In this document: one piece after another, positions 51,901-64,000 of the stretch | How positions within the stretch are numbered: the stretch's first letter is position 1 | Layout of the letters: every line of letters begins with the position of its first letter | Source: Eledone cirrhosa | Lineage: Eukaryota | Length of the DNA stretch: 64,000 nucleotides | Reading direction: 5' to 3' | Assembly (NCBI GenBank): GCA_964016885.1 | Contig: OZ024744.1 | Coordinates: 125,488,001-125,552,000, forward strand | The notes under the pieces: generated by a model | Told to the model about the DNA's origin: nothing | The model's input: the letters and a program-made list of their open reading frames with translations, nothing else | The model's database searches: none | Position numbers and translations under genes: made by a program

Positions 51901-52189
51901 AGGCCATTGTGCATGTGTGGTGAAAAAAATTTGTGTCGAAATCTTCTCGGAAAATAACGGATCGCCGGCGGAGATTGCCATTTCGATCGTGGGCCGGCCG
52001 GATCTTGTCGGATCGATTCGGACATATGTGCATCGTGTTCGCAAGGCCCTTGTCTATGTGTGGTGTGATTTTCATAAAGAAATTCCGAAAAACCCAGTTT
52101 TAAATCTGATTTCGCCAAAGAATTTTGGCTATCAGATCGGGTTGAAAGGTATGGTTTCAGGTCGATCTGAAAGTCTAAAATGGAATTCA
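45998..52189. repeat. 1584-bp palindromic unit array, copy 2
   Basis: Same as 6366-12557 at offset 39632. Confidence 0.95.
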
Positions 52190-52841
52190 CACATTTTTAG
52201 TTATACTTTGAAGCACATTTTTTTTGTTACTATTATATTAAAAGTTATCTGGTTACGTTATTTGACTGGTATTTCTAGCATTTTACAAGGACCACGTGTG
52301 TGTTTTATTTAAGGAAGATCTAGTTGTTATTTCTGATATTTTCTTCATCAAGTTAGTTGCTATTTCCTGCATCCTCTTGAAGACAAGAAATAATAATGAA
52401 TTAGCTGCTGTTTCTAGTAGGTTCTATGGTAGTGATGAGCGTGGGAGGGAGGTTTGACTGCTATTTTTAGCAGGTTCTAAGGCATTGAGGTTTATGTTTT
52501 ACGAGAGATTTGGCTGTTATTTCTAACATGTTATAATGGAGAGAGAGAGAGAGTATAAGATATACAGAGAGAGGGAGTATAAGATATAGAGAGAGGGGAA
52601 ACGGCCGATGTTTACGTTGAGAAAACCTAATAAAATTTTATAAATGGGTTTATAAAGAATAGAATGAGATAAACAAGACAAAGTTAGATAAAATAAATCA
52701 GCTGTAAGGATATTATACGATATATTTATAATATTTTAATATATTTTTCCTGGTCGTCTGCTGCCATTGATAGAGAGAGGAGTGGTGGGAGGTAGCCATA
52801 ACAACCGTGGTAGCAGCACTGAGGTTTGTTTTTAAAGAAGT

Positions 52842-55800
52842 GAATACAAGAAAAACAAGCAACTAAGAATATTAATCTCTTAAACCCTTCAAGATGTGTA
52901 TGACAAGAAAGAAGACGTTTTAGAGTCGTATGACATAGATGATAACTGGAAATTCTTACGTGACAACTTACTGCAGGCTACTGAAGAAACTTGTGGCTGG
53001 AGCAGAGCTCCGACCAGACAGAGAGTGACCTGGTGGTGGGACAACACGGTAGATAAGGCCATTAGAGACAAAAGACTAGCATGGAACACTTGAAAAAATG
53101 GTGGGAGTAGAGACCGATACACAGCTGCTAAGAGAGAAGCTAGACGTCAGATGTACTTAGCACGCACGGAGGCTGAGAGTAGGAGGTTTGCCAATGTTCT
53201 GTGATGGGAAGATCAGAGGCGTGCGGTGTTCCACATTGCAAGGCATGGTGTCAGTGTAAATCAGGATGTTGTTGGAGATAAGTGTATCCGGAATGATGCC
53301 AGTGTACTTGGTGTCACGAATGATCAAAAAAAGGAGGCCTGGAAATATCATTATGAGAGGCTGATGAATTGTGGAGAATGAATGGGAGAGAGGGAAACTA
53401 TCCCCAGTAGACCCAACAGAGGGACCAGCTATTGAGATTGGGAAATATAGGGTACAAGAGGCAATTAAGGAAATGAAGAATGGCAAGGCTACATTTAACC
53501 CTTTAGCATTTAAACCAGCCATACCTAGCCAGAATACTCTCACATCTTTCTGTTCAAACCAGCCATAACTGGCCACTCATACTGACGTTAAGGTATTGTT
53601 CTCAATATAAATAATATCAAAATCTCATAGATTCGATATTATATGAGATAATTATGTAAGATAAAGCCTTTACCACAAAAATACAATAGTATATATAGAG
53701 TAATAAAAATGCTAAAGGGTAAAAGTAGCTTATTATTTTGTGAGCTCTTGCTACTTATTGCTCTTGTGCATCAAGAACATACACAGCTTACATTTTGTTG
53801 CTAATCTCACTGAGATCCAACTACATCTCTTGTTTATCCATAGTTTGGAATTTCTACCTACTCCTTTCCTTTAGAATGATCAAGGCCATTTTCTTGTGGG
53901 GATCTAGGCCCTGTTTTCCTTTCTATTTTGCCAAGTTATCTTACATCACTTTCATTCTAGACCATGCTTCCAGGTTTGGAAGTTCTCCTCTAATTTTACC
54001 ACAGATTAAGTGACAAGGGTTCAATCATGTGCATACAGGAGTTCCCATGGACAGCCAGTAATATGTAATAGCCTGCAGGATGATAATAAACAGAAGAGGG
54101 TTAATTACAGAGCCCTGATAGAGGGTTAATAACAGAGCCCTGATAGACTTGTTCACTCAACTCCTCACTATAGCCATCATTACTTTTAACCTTACTGACT
54201 GCTCCTCCATACATGGCTTTTACTGCTCTCACAAGCCACTCATATACCCCTAGTTTTCTAAGTTATACACCAGATTAGGGAAGGGGGAAGTCTCACAGAA
54301 GCTCTCTCTGGGTCAACAAATGCCAAGTAGAGGGGCTTATTTTAGCTAGGTACTACTCTTGCAGTTGCCACACAAGGAAGAGGACATCAGTGGTACTTTT
54401 ACCTGGCACAAATCCAAACTTCATCTCATCTAGGTTAACTTGGTCCCTAATCAGCTGTGTTATAAATCTAACACCTTCATGAAGTGGTCCATCTAATATC
54501 TCTATAGTTTTCTAGCTCTAGTACATCTCCTTTGCCCTTGTAGCAGTTGATGATGATGATACTACACCATTTATTTGGTATGACACCATTTTGTATTACA
54601 TGCTGTACGATACCAGTGGTTAAGATGTGACCCACCATCCCAGATACTTTCAGTATCTCAGCAACTATCACCAATGGACAAGATACTTTCTCTGTCTTCA
54701 TATCCTTAATTACCTTACTTCATATCCTTAATTACCTTACTGCTTACTTGTATGGCTGGACCCTCTGTTGGGCCCACTTTCCGTAGACTATCTTCCTCCC
54801 ATGCATTCTCCTCATTCAGTAATCTTTCATAAAGGCATTTCCATGTTACAAAGGTTGGCTGAAAAGTTCATAGACTATCAATGATAGCATGATGCTAGAG
54901 CTGTGAAATCTTGCCTGCATTAATTTCAACTCTTCTTATTAATAACTGCATTGTTTCCTTCCAGGGACTATGTTGAAAAATAAACCTCATTTGGTCATTC
55001 CATGAGTGTATCTTGGTCTGCCTATGAACTTTTCAGCTGACCCTATTCAGCATCAGTGAGCCCAAATGCCCCATTATCATCCTGGACACACTTTACCCCA
55101 ACATCACAATTTGCCCTCACACACTGCCTCACAATCCTGAACATCTCATGTATTTCATCCTCACATCATAAAACCAACTGAAATTATATATTCTCTGCTT
55201 CCCTCCTTGCAAAGAATACTTCTTGCCTAGCTTCCTGTAGTGTACCCTCCAGCTGCCTCCATTCTGCCATTATTCCATGCCTGTCTCTTGGCCTTAACTG
55301 TCTCATCTACCCTAGTGTTTCACCACCAAGATACTCTCCTCTCTGAAGCCCTGCTCCAGCCACAGATCTAGTTTGACACCTTCAGCAAAGGTTCTTTAAG
55401 GAACTCCCACTGTTCCCCTATATTGTATGTTTCTATTTGTTCTTCCTTACTGTTGTAAAGATCAAACAAAATATCTCTAAATTTGGAACTGGCTGAGGGG
55501 TCCTTTAACTTCCATATCCTTCTCCTCCAAGTTGCCCTCAGTCTTCAAGTTCATCTAAGTCTATGAAATCACTAACTACTGGGTTATGTTGGGAGGTGCA
55601 TTCTTCCCCAGGGGGTGGGGATTGTGTGTTTACAAATGTCAATATCTCATCTTCTGGTGAGGATAAAAATCTGACTGGCATGCTCCTCTGACCAATAGGT
55701 GTTGAAGTGGTTGTCGGGTAAACGTTAAGACCCTCTGATATACATATATATATATATACTAGCAGTGGTACCCGGCGTTGCACGGGATAACGTATTTCGG

Positions 55801-56892
55801 AACGCGGGCCGCCATCTTCCACTTCAGCCGGTCGCCCTAAAGTGTTGGCTATTCAGTCTACTTGAGGCCAGTTGGTGAGGGGGGGGTAAAGCTTTCAGTG
55901 TGCTACTACCCTCACGGTCAAATAGAAAGGGAGAGGAAGAAAAGTCAGCGTTAATATCGTGCTACACGTTTGAAAGGTTGGATGACCTTAGAGTTCACCA
56001 GGGTGGGGGGTTCTAAAAGTATCTATCTTGGTATTTTATCTTAGAAGTAATCATTACAGAGTGTACTGGGTGTATTTTAGTGGGCAGTAATTCCATAAAG
56101 AACACAGTATAATCTGTGGACACAAGCCTTGCAGTGTGATTACAGGCAGGTTAATGGGAAAGATAGATTATATATGTGACATGATGTACATGAGAAGTGA
56201 GGACACAGACCACACATGAAATAGATTCCTACAACTGTCAGGGAGGCTCCCTAGAATTACAGATGACATATTTCAATATCTCGGTGATCAAGTTAGCAGT
56301 GGAGGAAGAATCTCTAAAAGTGTAATACCCAGGATAAGGACAGGCTGGAAGAAGTTTAGAGTACTGTTCCATCTGTTGACAACAAAGGGCTTCTCTCTCA
56401 GAATGGAGGCTAGACTGCTTGATACTTATGTGTGGTCTGCAATCTACACCCCAGCCATGCCCCTTCCACTACCACTCCTTAGCTATTTCTCTCCATTAAT
56501 ACTCCTCACATTTCAAGCAGTTTTCTCATCTCAATGAAAGAAAAATATTGGGCTCAAGAGAAGTCTTCAGTTATGCCATGGTGTGGCAACCTCCCTAGGG
56601 TTGGGCAGAGTGTAAATGAGAGTGAAATTAGGTATGAGAGGGATCATATGCAGTATACAAGAGAGTAGATTACATTGGTATGGTCATGTGATGGGTATAA
56701 AGGATGACAGCTGTATAAAAATGTGCTGGGCAATCAAAGTTGATGGAAGTTATGAAGGCGGAAGACCCAGGATGACATGGGATGAGGTGATAAAAGATGA
56801 CTTTGCACAATTGCAACTCTCAAAGACAATGACACAGGATAGAGATCTTGAGATGTATGCAGCAATACAGAAGGCCTGCTTTCCAATGTGCA
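52842..56892. mobile_element. Cluster of decayed RTE fragments, MITE and Helitron-like piece, copy 2
   Basis: Same as 13210-17260 at offset 39632. Confidence 0.75.
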
Positions 56893-56983
56893 CGGACTCA
56901 AACATACATCTAGTAGGCCCCTCCTAACCACTATACTCCTTTCCAAACTCCCACACTCCCACTTCTGTACACACCACCTTTAG

Positions 56984-57692
56984 ACTGTAAAGTGGTAGTG
57001 TACAAGTCACAACAAAAGCACCCAGTCCACTCTGTAAAGTTGATGTGTTGGTGTCATAACAAAAGGCACTCAGTCCACTCTGTAAAGAGGTTGTGTAAGT
57101 GTCACAACAAAGACATCTAGTCCACACTGTAAAGTGGTCATGTAGGTGTCACAACAAAAAGTACCAGTCATTATTGTAAAGTGGTTGTATAGGTGTCATA
57201 ACAAAAAGCACCCAGTCGACACTGTAAAGTGGTTGTGTAGGTGTCAGAACCAAAAGCACCCAGTCCACACTGTAAAGTGGTTGTGTAGGTGTCATGACAA
57301 AAAGCACCTAGTCCACACTGTAAAGTGGTCATGCAGGTGTCATGACAAAAAGCACCCAGTCCTCACTGTAAAGTGGTCATGTAGGTGTCATGTCAAAAAG
57401 CACCCAGTCCACCCTGTAAAGTGGTTGTGTAGGTGTCATGATAAAAAGCACCCAGTCCACACAGTAAAGTGGTCATGTAGGTGTCACTAAAAAAGCACCC
57501 AGTCTACTCTGTAAAGTGGTCATGTAGGTGTCATGACAAATAGCACCCAGTCCACCCTGTAAAGTGTTCATGTAGGTGTCATGACGGAGAGTAACCAGTC
57601 CACAATGTAAAGTAGCCATGTAGCTGTCACAACAAAGCACCCAGTCCACACTGTAAAGTGGTCATGTAGGTGTCATTTCAAAAAGCACCCAG
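56984..57692 (+). repeat. 48-bp minisatellite, copy 2
   Basis: Same as 17352-18060. Confidence 0.92.
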
Positions 57693-57882
57693 GTCCATGG
57701 CTTGGCCTGCTAACCGACGCTATACCCAAGTCGGTCGCCATGCTTTCCAGCATAGAGTTACGTCTCTTTATGGTCTGAGTTCAAATCACGCCGAGGTTAA
57801 CTTTGCCTTTCATCCTTACGGGGTCGATAAAATAAAGCACCAGTAATGTACTGGGGTCGATTTAATCGACTTTCCCCTCCTC
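57692..57882 (+). mobile_element. tRNA-derived SINE, copy 2
   Basis: Same as 18060-18250. Confidence 0.75.
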
Positions 57883-57922
57883 TGCCAAATGACACACACA
57901 TGCATGGTTCGGGGGAACCTAC

Positions 57923-57968
<46 letters not shown>

Positions 57969-58847
57969 GTAGGTCACTGGTTGAGTCGGTATTAACCACA
58001 GTAACTAAGGTACTCAATACATATTAGATATAGGTGTCTTTCTAATTGCTGGCCTTGTTCATAAGGTATACACAAGTATGATGTGTGTCTGTTTAACTGT
58101 ACGTGTGAAAACATCGCGAAATTGCGCCTTTTAATATTTGAATATAAACAGTTAAAAAATAATTATTTTAGTAATTTTTAAATATCGATAATGTGTATAT
58201 AAATATTAGAAATCAATTTAATTAGTTCAGTAACATTACTCGGAGTTAAGATAAACCTTCATTTGAAGAAATTCGAGATTTGACCAAATAAATAGATTAT
58301 GTGATCAATAAAAAAAATATGTATACGCGCTTGAACGACGGGTTGCAGACAGTCAGGCATACAGACACATATTTTAAAGCGTGCGACGTTAAAAGTGTTA
58401 CTCTCTCTCTTTTTAGATAGATAGACTTAATTAAAGCAGTTTCACTCTCTCTATATTTCATCAGCTCCCTCTCTCTTAAATTGAAAGATTCATTAAGGCT
58501 GAAATAATCTAAACAGTAACATCATATTTCGCCAGCTCTAGCTTGCGTCCAGAGATATACACACACATATATATATATTTTTTTTGTTATCGAGTTGAGC
58601 TTTGCCAAGCATAGAATTCCAAATTTGACCATCTCCACTGAAAATGTTCGTGAAATAGTCTTTAAGAAGCAATTTAATTTTTTCCAACTGAAACTGTAAG
58701 TATTTTAAAATTTATTTCAACATGGTCTTAAAAGATTGTTGGCTTTTTTTAAATTCATAACTATTTACTATGAAATATAAATTATTAAATCCAATTTATT
58801 TGATAACCATGATTTGATTTTATAATTACCTGAATCACGTTAACATG

Positions 58848-58888
<41 letters not shown>

Positions 58889-59141
58889 GTGTGTGTATAT
58901 ATATATATATATAATAATTGTTTCTACGTTACGCAGTGTATTACTGGTACTGTATTTTACGATATTAAATATTAAATATTAACTATTAGATATTAAATAT
59001 TAAATATTAGATATTAGATATTAAATATTAAATATGATATCCCTGAAATATATATAATGAAATAAATATGGTTTTATAAATGTAATTTCCATTTGTTTAA
59101 TATCAAATATATATATATATATATATATGTATTTATGTATA

Positions 59142-59241
<100 letters not shown>

Positions 59242-59468
59242 GCAGACACAGACACAGAATATCGTATATATCACACACACACAATTAAGACTTGACGTGT
59301 TGCAGACAGCCAGACATACAGAGAGATATTTTAAAGCGTGCGACCTTAAATGCCTTACTCTTTCTCTTATCAAAAGAGAAAGAGTAATGCTAACACTTAC
59401 GTCTACTTCACGCTCTCTTGAACCGTTACAGAAATTGCATCACATCTAATTATAACTTTGTACGTTTG

Positions 59469-59502
<34 letters not shown>

Positions 59503-59505
59503 TAC

Positions 59506-59596
<91 letters not shown>

Positions 59597-59630
59597 CGTG
59601 TGTGTGTGTATATATATACACACACACGTG

Positions 59631-59661
<31 letters not shown>

Positions 59662-59735
59662 GTGTGTATATATATATATATATAAATACACACACACGTG
59701 TGTGTGTATATATATATATATATACACACACACAC

Positions 59736-59818
<83 letters not shown>

Positions 59819-59908
59819 CACACACACGTGTGTGTGTATATATATATATACACACACACACGTGTGTGTGTATATATTTATATATATATATATACACACG
59901 TGTGTGTG

Positions 59909-59953
<45 letters not shown>

Positions 59954-59957
59954 GTGA

Positions 59958-59988
<31 letters not shown>

Positions 59989-60085
59989 CACGTGTGTGTG
60001 TGTATATATATATATATACACACACACGTGTGTATATATATATATATACATATATATATATACACACACACGTGTGTGTGTATAT

Positions 60086-63000
60086 AATAATAATAATAAT
60101 AATGAAATGATTGTGTACAGTGCTCAGGTGCACTACAACTCATCAAAGGTGCATGTATAGTACATAGAATAATGTACAAACATCAGTAAAATGAACAGTG
60201 CACACATGTGTGCATGTGTATGGAAGGGGCACATCAGGTGTAGTTTTGGCGTATTTCGGGAAGCATGAGTGTCTTAAAGGATGCAGTGTCTCGGCAGCTA
60301 ACAATTGACGCAGGCAGTTTGTTCCATGTTTCAGCAACTCTGAGCGTGAAAAAATGTCTGCGAAAGTCATGGGAGCTGTGCTGTTTTCTTATCTTGTAGG
60401 CATGTCCACGTGTGTTAGACACATGGAGATCAAAGAGGCGCTCAGGGTTGCAGTTGGCGAGATGGTTAAAAACTTTGTGGGTATTCACCAAGTCCACTGC
60501 CAGATGTCGGAGCTTCAATGAATCCATGCCCAGGGAAGCAAGGCGTTCAGAGTATGGTAGGTGTCTGATGGAGGGTATGCGCTTGGTTGCACGTCTCTGA
60601 ACAGCTTCCAGGAGGTCAATGTTCCGAGCAAGATAGGGGTTCCAGACTGATGATGCGAATTCCAAGTGTGGTCGCACCATAGCTGTATACAGTTTTAAAT
60701 AGATGGCTGGAGAGCGGCTAACAAAGGTCTTGCTGAGTGATGCCAAGACACCCTCGGCCTTCTTGACAATCTTAGAGACATGCTTTGTCCAACGCAAATC
60801 GTTGCCGACAGTAATGCCCAGGTCACGTTCACAAGAGGACTTTTTGATGTCAGTGTTGTGGAGGGAGTATGTGGACGCTGGATTTTTCCTTCCAAAATGC
60901 ATGGTGGTACACTTGTCCACAGCCAGCTTCAGTTGCCAGTCTGTGATCCATTGCTGCATTGTGTCCAGGTCTGATTTTAGGAAAGAGTTGTAAATTTCAG
61001 GATCAGTCCTTTTGATTTCAAGGTACAGCTTGATGTCATCTGCATATTTTAGTACCGTGGCATTCTGTAAGTTGGCATCTATGTCATTAATATATGCCAC
61101 AAACAAAAGAGGACCAAGAACAGATCCCTGTGGTACACCAGATGACATCTCATATGGTGAAGAATGCTGTCCTAGAACCGTGACTACTTTCCTTCGGCTG
61201 AGAATGAAGGATTTCAGCCAGTCGAAAAGATCATCCCTCACACCCATTGCAGAGAGTTTTGCCATAAGTCTTTTGTGTGGCACAGAATTAAAAGCCTTAG
61301 CAAAGTCAAGGTAAACAACATCCACCCATGAGCCGCTGTCAGTGATCCGGGTGATGTCCTCAAGGAACTCGATAAGCTGATCACAGCAGCTGGAGTTAGG
61401 GATAAATCCAAACTGTGAGGGCCGGATGAGGCTGTGAGAGCTCCAGAAGTTCCAAAGTGTTTCTCTGACACAGGATTCCATCAGTTTGGCCATACAGCTA
61501 GTAAGACTGACTGGACGATAGTTGACAGGTGACATGCGGTTGCCCTTTTTGAACAGGGGAATGACACTGGCAGTTTTCCACTGCTCCGGAGTAGCACCAT
61601 TGCTGAGGCAGTATTGAAAGAAAAAAGAAAGCTGGCGCAAAAGGAAATCCCCGCCACGTTTGAGAAGCAGGTATGTCACACCATCAAGACCAGGGGAGGC
61701 ATAGTTGCGCTTATTCTTAAGGTGACGTCGCAACATTGCAGGTGTAAATTCCATAGTTGTTATGGAATTTGATGTTAGAGATGGTGGAGATGGTACATTC
61801 TGGTTTTCAACAGTAAAAATACTTGCATAGCACTCAGCAATGAGTTCTGCGCATTCCTTGGGATCGTCAGTGATCTGGCTTGTGTGGGGATTGCGAAGAG
61901 GACCAACTGGAGAGTGAGGTCTCTGCTTTGAATGAACATATTTCCAGAACACCTTACTGTCAGGATTGGTTGCGATGCACTGTTCAAATTCAAGCACTGC
62001 CTTCTTTGTCACTTGCTTGAGATGGTTAGAAGATTTATTCCGCTTTTTTCTGTTGGCATCTGATCTATGCAGTTTATATTCCCGTTCAGCGTTCCGACGT
62101 TCTTTCCTGGCAAGTCGGACTGCTGAAGTTTCCCAGATTGCACTTTTGGGGTGGTTATTTTTCCGCTTCCGTGGCACTGATGCTGCACACGCTATCCATA
62201 TTGAGTCCAGGATGCTCTGGAGTATAGAGTTCACATCTCCAGAGTTATACATCTCATGCCAGTTTGGGCGCTGTAGCTCAGTGCAGTACAAGTTCCAATC
62301 CGCCCTCTTCCAATCAAAGCAAGCAGATTGGAGATGGCTCTGGTTTTTGTTGCTGCCCTCAAGTGCCAGATTGGCAATGATCATAGCATGATCAGAGTCG
62401 CCTAGAGGTTCCTCAGTAGTACAACTGATAACCACTTCAGGAGTAGTGGTGAAGATCAGGTCCAAAGTGTTGTCACCTCTTGTTGGAGAGGTGACTACTT
62501 GTGACCAGTTTGAGTCCAGCACTAGTTCAAGGAAATCGTTTGCACCCTGTGGCCAACGAAAGGTTTCCCAATCGATCTCAGGATGATTGAAGTCACCTGC
62601 AATAAACACATAAGTGGCTGTTTTCTTGGCAGCAACTCTGAGGATATCGCAAAGCTGTGTGTCCTGATGGTAGTTTGGGGGGCGATAAACAACACCAAGC
62701 AGAAGTGTTGACATGGTCATACGTATGTCACAGAAAAAAACTTCTTCCTGTGATTCGTTCAAATCAACGCAAGGAATTACCGAAAAGTTTGAACGAACGT
62801 AGACCATCACACCACCACCACGGCGGTTAATGCGGTCCTTGCGGAAAAGGTTGTACCCAGTAATGGTGAAAACCCCATCACAGAGTAAGGAATGTGCCCA
62901 TGTTTCCGTGACTGTGATGAAGTCAGGGTCGATGCTTCTGACGTAGGATTCGAACAGATGTATCTTGTTGCATAAACTGCGAGCATTTAAGGACAACAAT

Positions 63001-63211
63001 TTGTACCCTGCTCGCAGTCTATGATGGTGTGTAGAGGGTGGCAGGTTGTTCTGGTTTAGTTTCCCAGAGTTGTAGCAGTTTTTACATTGCCAGTTATTGT
63101 GGGTAGATCACACTCAGACCAGCTGGTATCTCTCTTCCACGTTTCACCCGCCTTGACAAACCTCCAGATCTGCCCATCATCACGCAGACTGAAACTTTCA
63201 TCTTGTGCTGT
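60086..63211 (-). mobile_element. 5'-truncated CR1-type LINE, copy 2 (3' UTR 61 bp longer)
   Basis: Same as 20476-23540 plus 61 bp near 60157-60217. Confidence 0.9.
60234..62999 (-). CDS. LINE ORF2 APE-RT, 921 aa, copy 2
   Basis: Protein appears identical to 20563-23328. Confidence 0.95.
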   Translation of the reverse strand: MLSLNARSLCNKIHLFESYVRSIDPDFITVTETWAHSLLCDGVFTITGYNLFRKDRINRRGGGVMVYVRSNFSVIPCVDLNESQEEVFFCDIRMTMSTLLLGVVYRPPNYHQDTQLCDILRVAAKKTATYVFIAGDFNHPEIDWETFRWPQGANDFLELVLDSNWSQVVTSPTRGDNTLDLIFTTTPEVVISCTTEEPLGDSDHAMIIANLALEGSNKNQSHLQSACFDWKRADWNLYCTELQRPNWHEMYNSGDVNSILQSILDSIWIACAASVPRKRKNNHPKSAIWETSAVRLARKERRNAEREYKLHRSDANRKKRNKSSNHLKQVTKKAVLEFEQCIATNPDSKVFWKYVHSKQRPHSPVGPLRNPHTSQITDDPKECAELIAECYASIFTVENQNVPSPPSLTSNSITTMEFTPAMLRRHLKNKRNYASPGLDGVTYLLLKRGGDFLLRQLSFFFQYCLSNGATPEQWKTASVIPLFKKGNRMSPVNYRPVSLTSCMAKLMESCVRETLWNFWSSHSLIRPSQFGFIPNSSCCDQLIEFLEDITRITDSGSWVDVVYLDFAKAFNSVPHKRLMAKLSAMGVRDDLFDWLKSFILSRRKVVTVLGQHSSPYEMSSGVPQGSVLGPLLFVAYINDIDANLQNATVLKYADDIKLYLEIKRTDPEIYNSFLKSDLDTMQQWITDWQLKLAVDKCTTMHFGRKNPASTYSLHNTDIKKSSCERDLGITVGNDLRWTKHVSKIVKKAEGVLASLSKTFVSRSPAIYLKLYTAMVRPHLEFASSVWNPYLARNIDLLEAVQRRATKRIPSIRHLPYSERLASLGMDSLKLRHLAVDLVNTHKVFNHLANCNPERLFDLHVSNTRGHAYKIRKQHSSHDFRRHFFTLRVAETWNKLPASIVSCRDTASFKTLMLPEIRQNYT

Positions 63212-63273
63212 ATATATATATATATACACACGTGTGTGTGTATTTATGTATATATATATATATACACACACAC

Positions 63274-63315
<42 letters not shown>

Positions 63316-63432
63316 GTGTGTGTGTGTATATATATTTATATATATATACACACACGTGTGTGTGTATATATATATATATATATACACGTGTGTGTGTATT
63401 TATATATATATATATATACACACACACGTGTG

Positions 63433-63463
<31 letters not shown>

Positions 63464-63486
63464 GTGTGTGTATATATATATATCTG

Positions 63487-63854
63487 TCTCTCTCCCTGTC
63501 TCTCACTCTCCCTCTATCCCCCCTCTCTCTCTCTGTCTCTCTCTCCCCCCCCCCTCTCTCTCTCTAGTAGTAGAGAGAGACAAAGAGAGAGAGATATAAA
63601 CGTATAACCCTAACCAAACCCTAACCCAACCCTAACCCCAACCCTAACCCTAACCTAACCCTAACCCATCTCTCTCTCTCTCTCACCCCCTCTCTCTCTC
63701 TCTAGTAGTAGAGAGAGAGACAAAGAGAGAGAGAGATATAAACGTATAACCCTAACCCAACCCTAACCTCTCTCTCTCTTCTCTCTCTCTCTCTCCCCTC
63801 TCTCTCTCTATTCCCCCCTCTCTATTTCCCCCCCCCCCCTCTCTCTCTAGTAGT

Positions 63855-63885
<31 letters not shown>

Positions 63886-63970
63886 TATAAACGTATAACC
63901 CTAACCCAACCCTAACCCTAACCCAACCCCAACCCTAACCCATCTCTCTCTCTCTCTCTCTCTCTCTCTT
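63487..63970 (+). repeat. (CT)n/(AG)n/(CCCTAA)-like triple unit, copy 2
   Basis: Same as 23818-24292. Confidence 0.85.
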
Positions 63971-64000
63971 TGTTTTTAACATTGTTTTGTTTTTCTTTTC

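Overview
Repeat-dense eukaryotic DNA, probably an octopus/cephalopod judging by a recurring tRNA-type SINE and (TA)n/(CA)n/(ATT)n richness (recognised from memory, not searched). No host protein-coding gene is supported. The window holds about 1.6 copies of a near-identical ~39.6 kb tandem unit (offset 39,610-39,671). The unit is laid out like a hollowed-out rDNA repeat: (CCCTAA)n-like tract, 172-bp GC-rich repeats, ETS-like segment, 18S rRNA 5' end, an ~8.6 kb satellite whose ~263+54n bp monomer is a sense-strand mosaic of non-adjacent 18S and 28S pieces, then the 28S 3' end. The long spacer that follows contains a G-rich telomere-like tract, a 1584-bp tandem array of long palindromes, decayed RTE, R4/Dong-like and CRE-like LINE fragments, SINEs, MITEs and minisatellites. 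It also contains one 5'-truncated CR1-type LINE with an intact 921-aa APE-RT ORF2 that has no usable ATG and overlaps the ORF1 end at a G_GGA_AAC slippery site. Coordinates were read by eye and boundaries are approximate.
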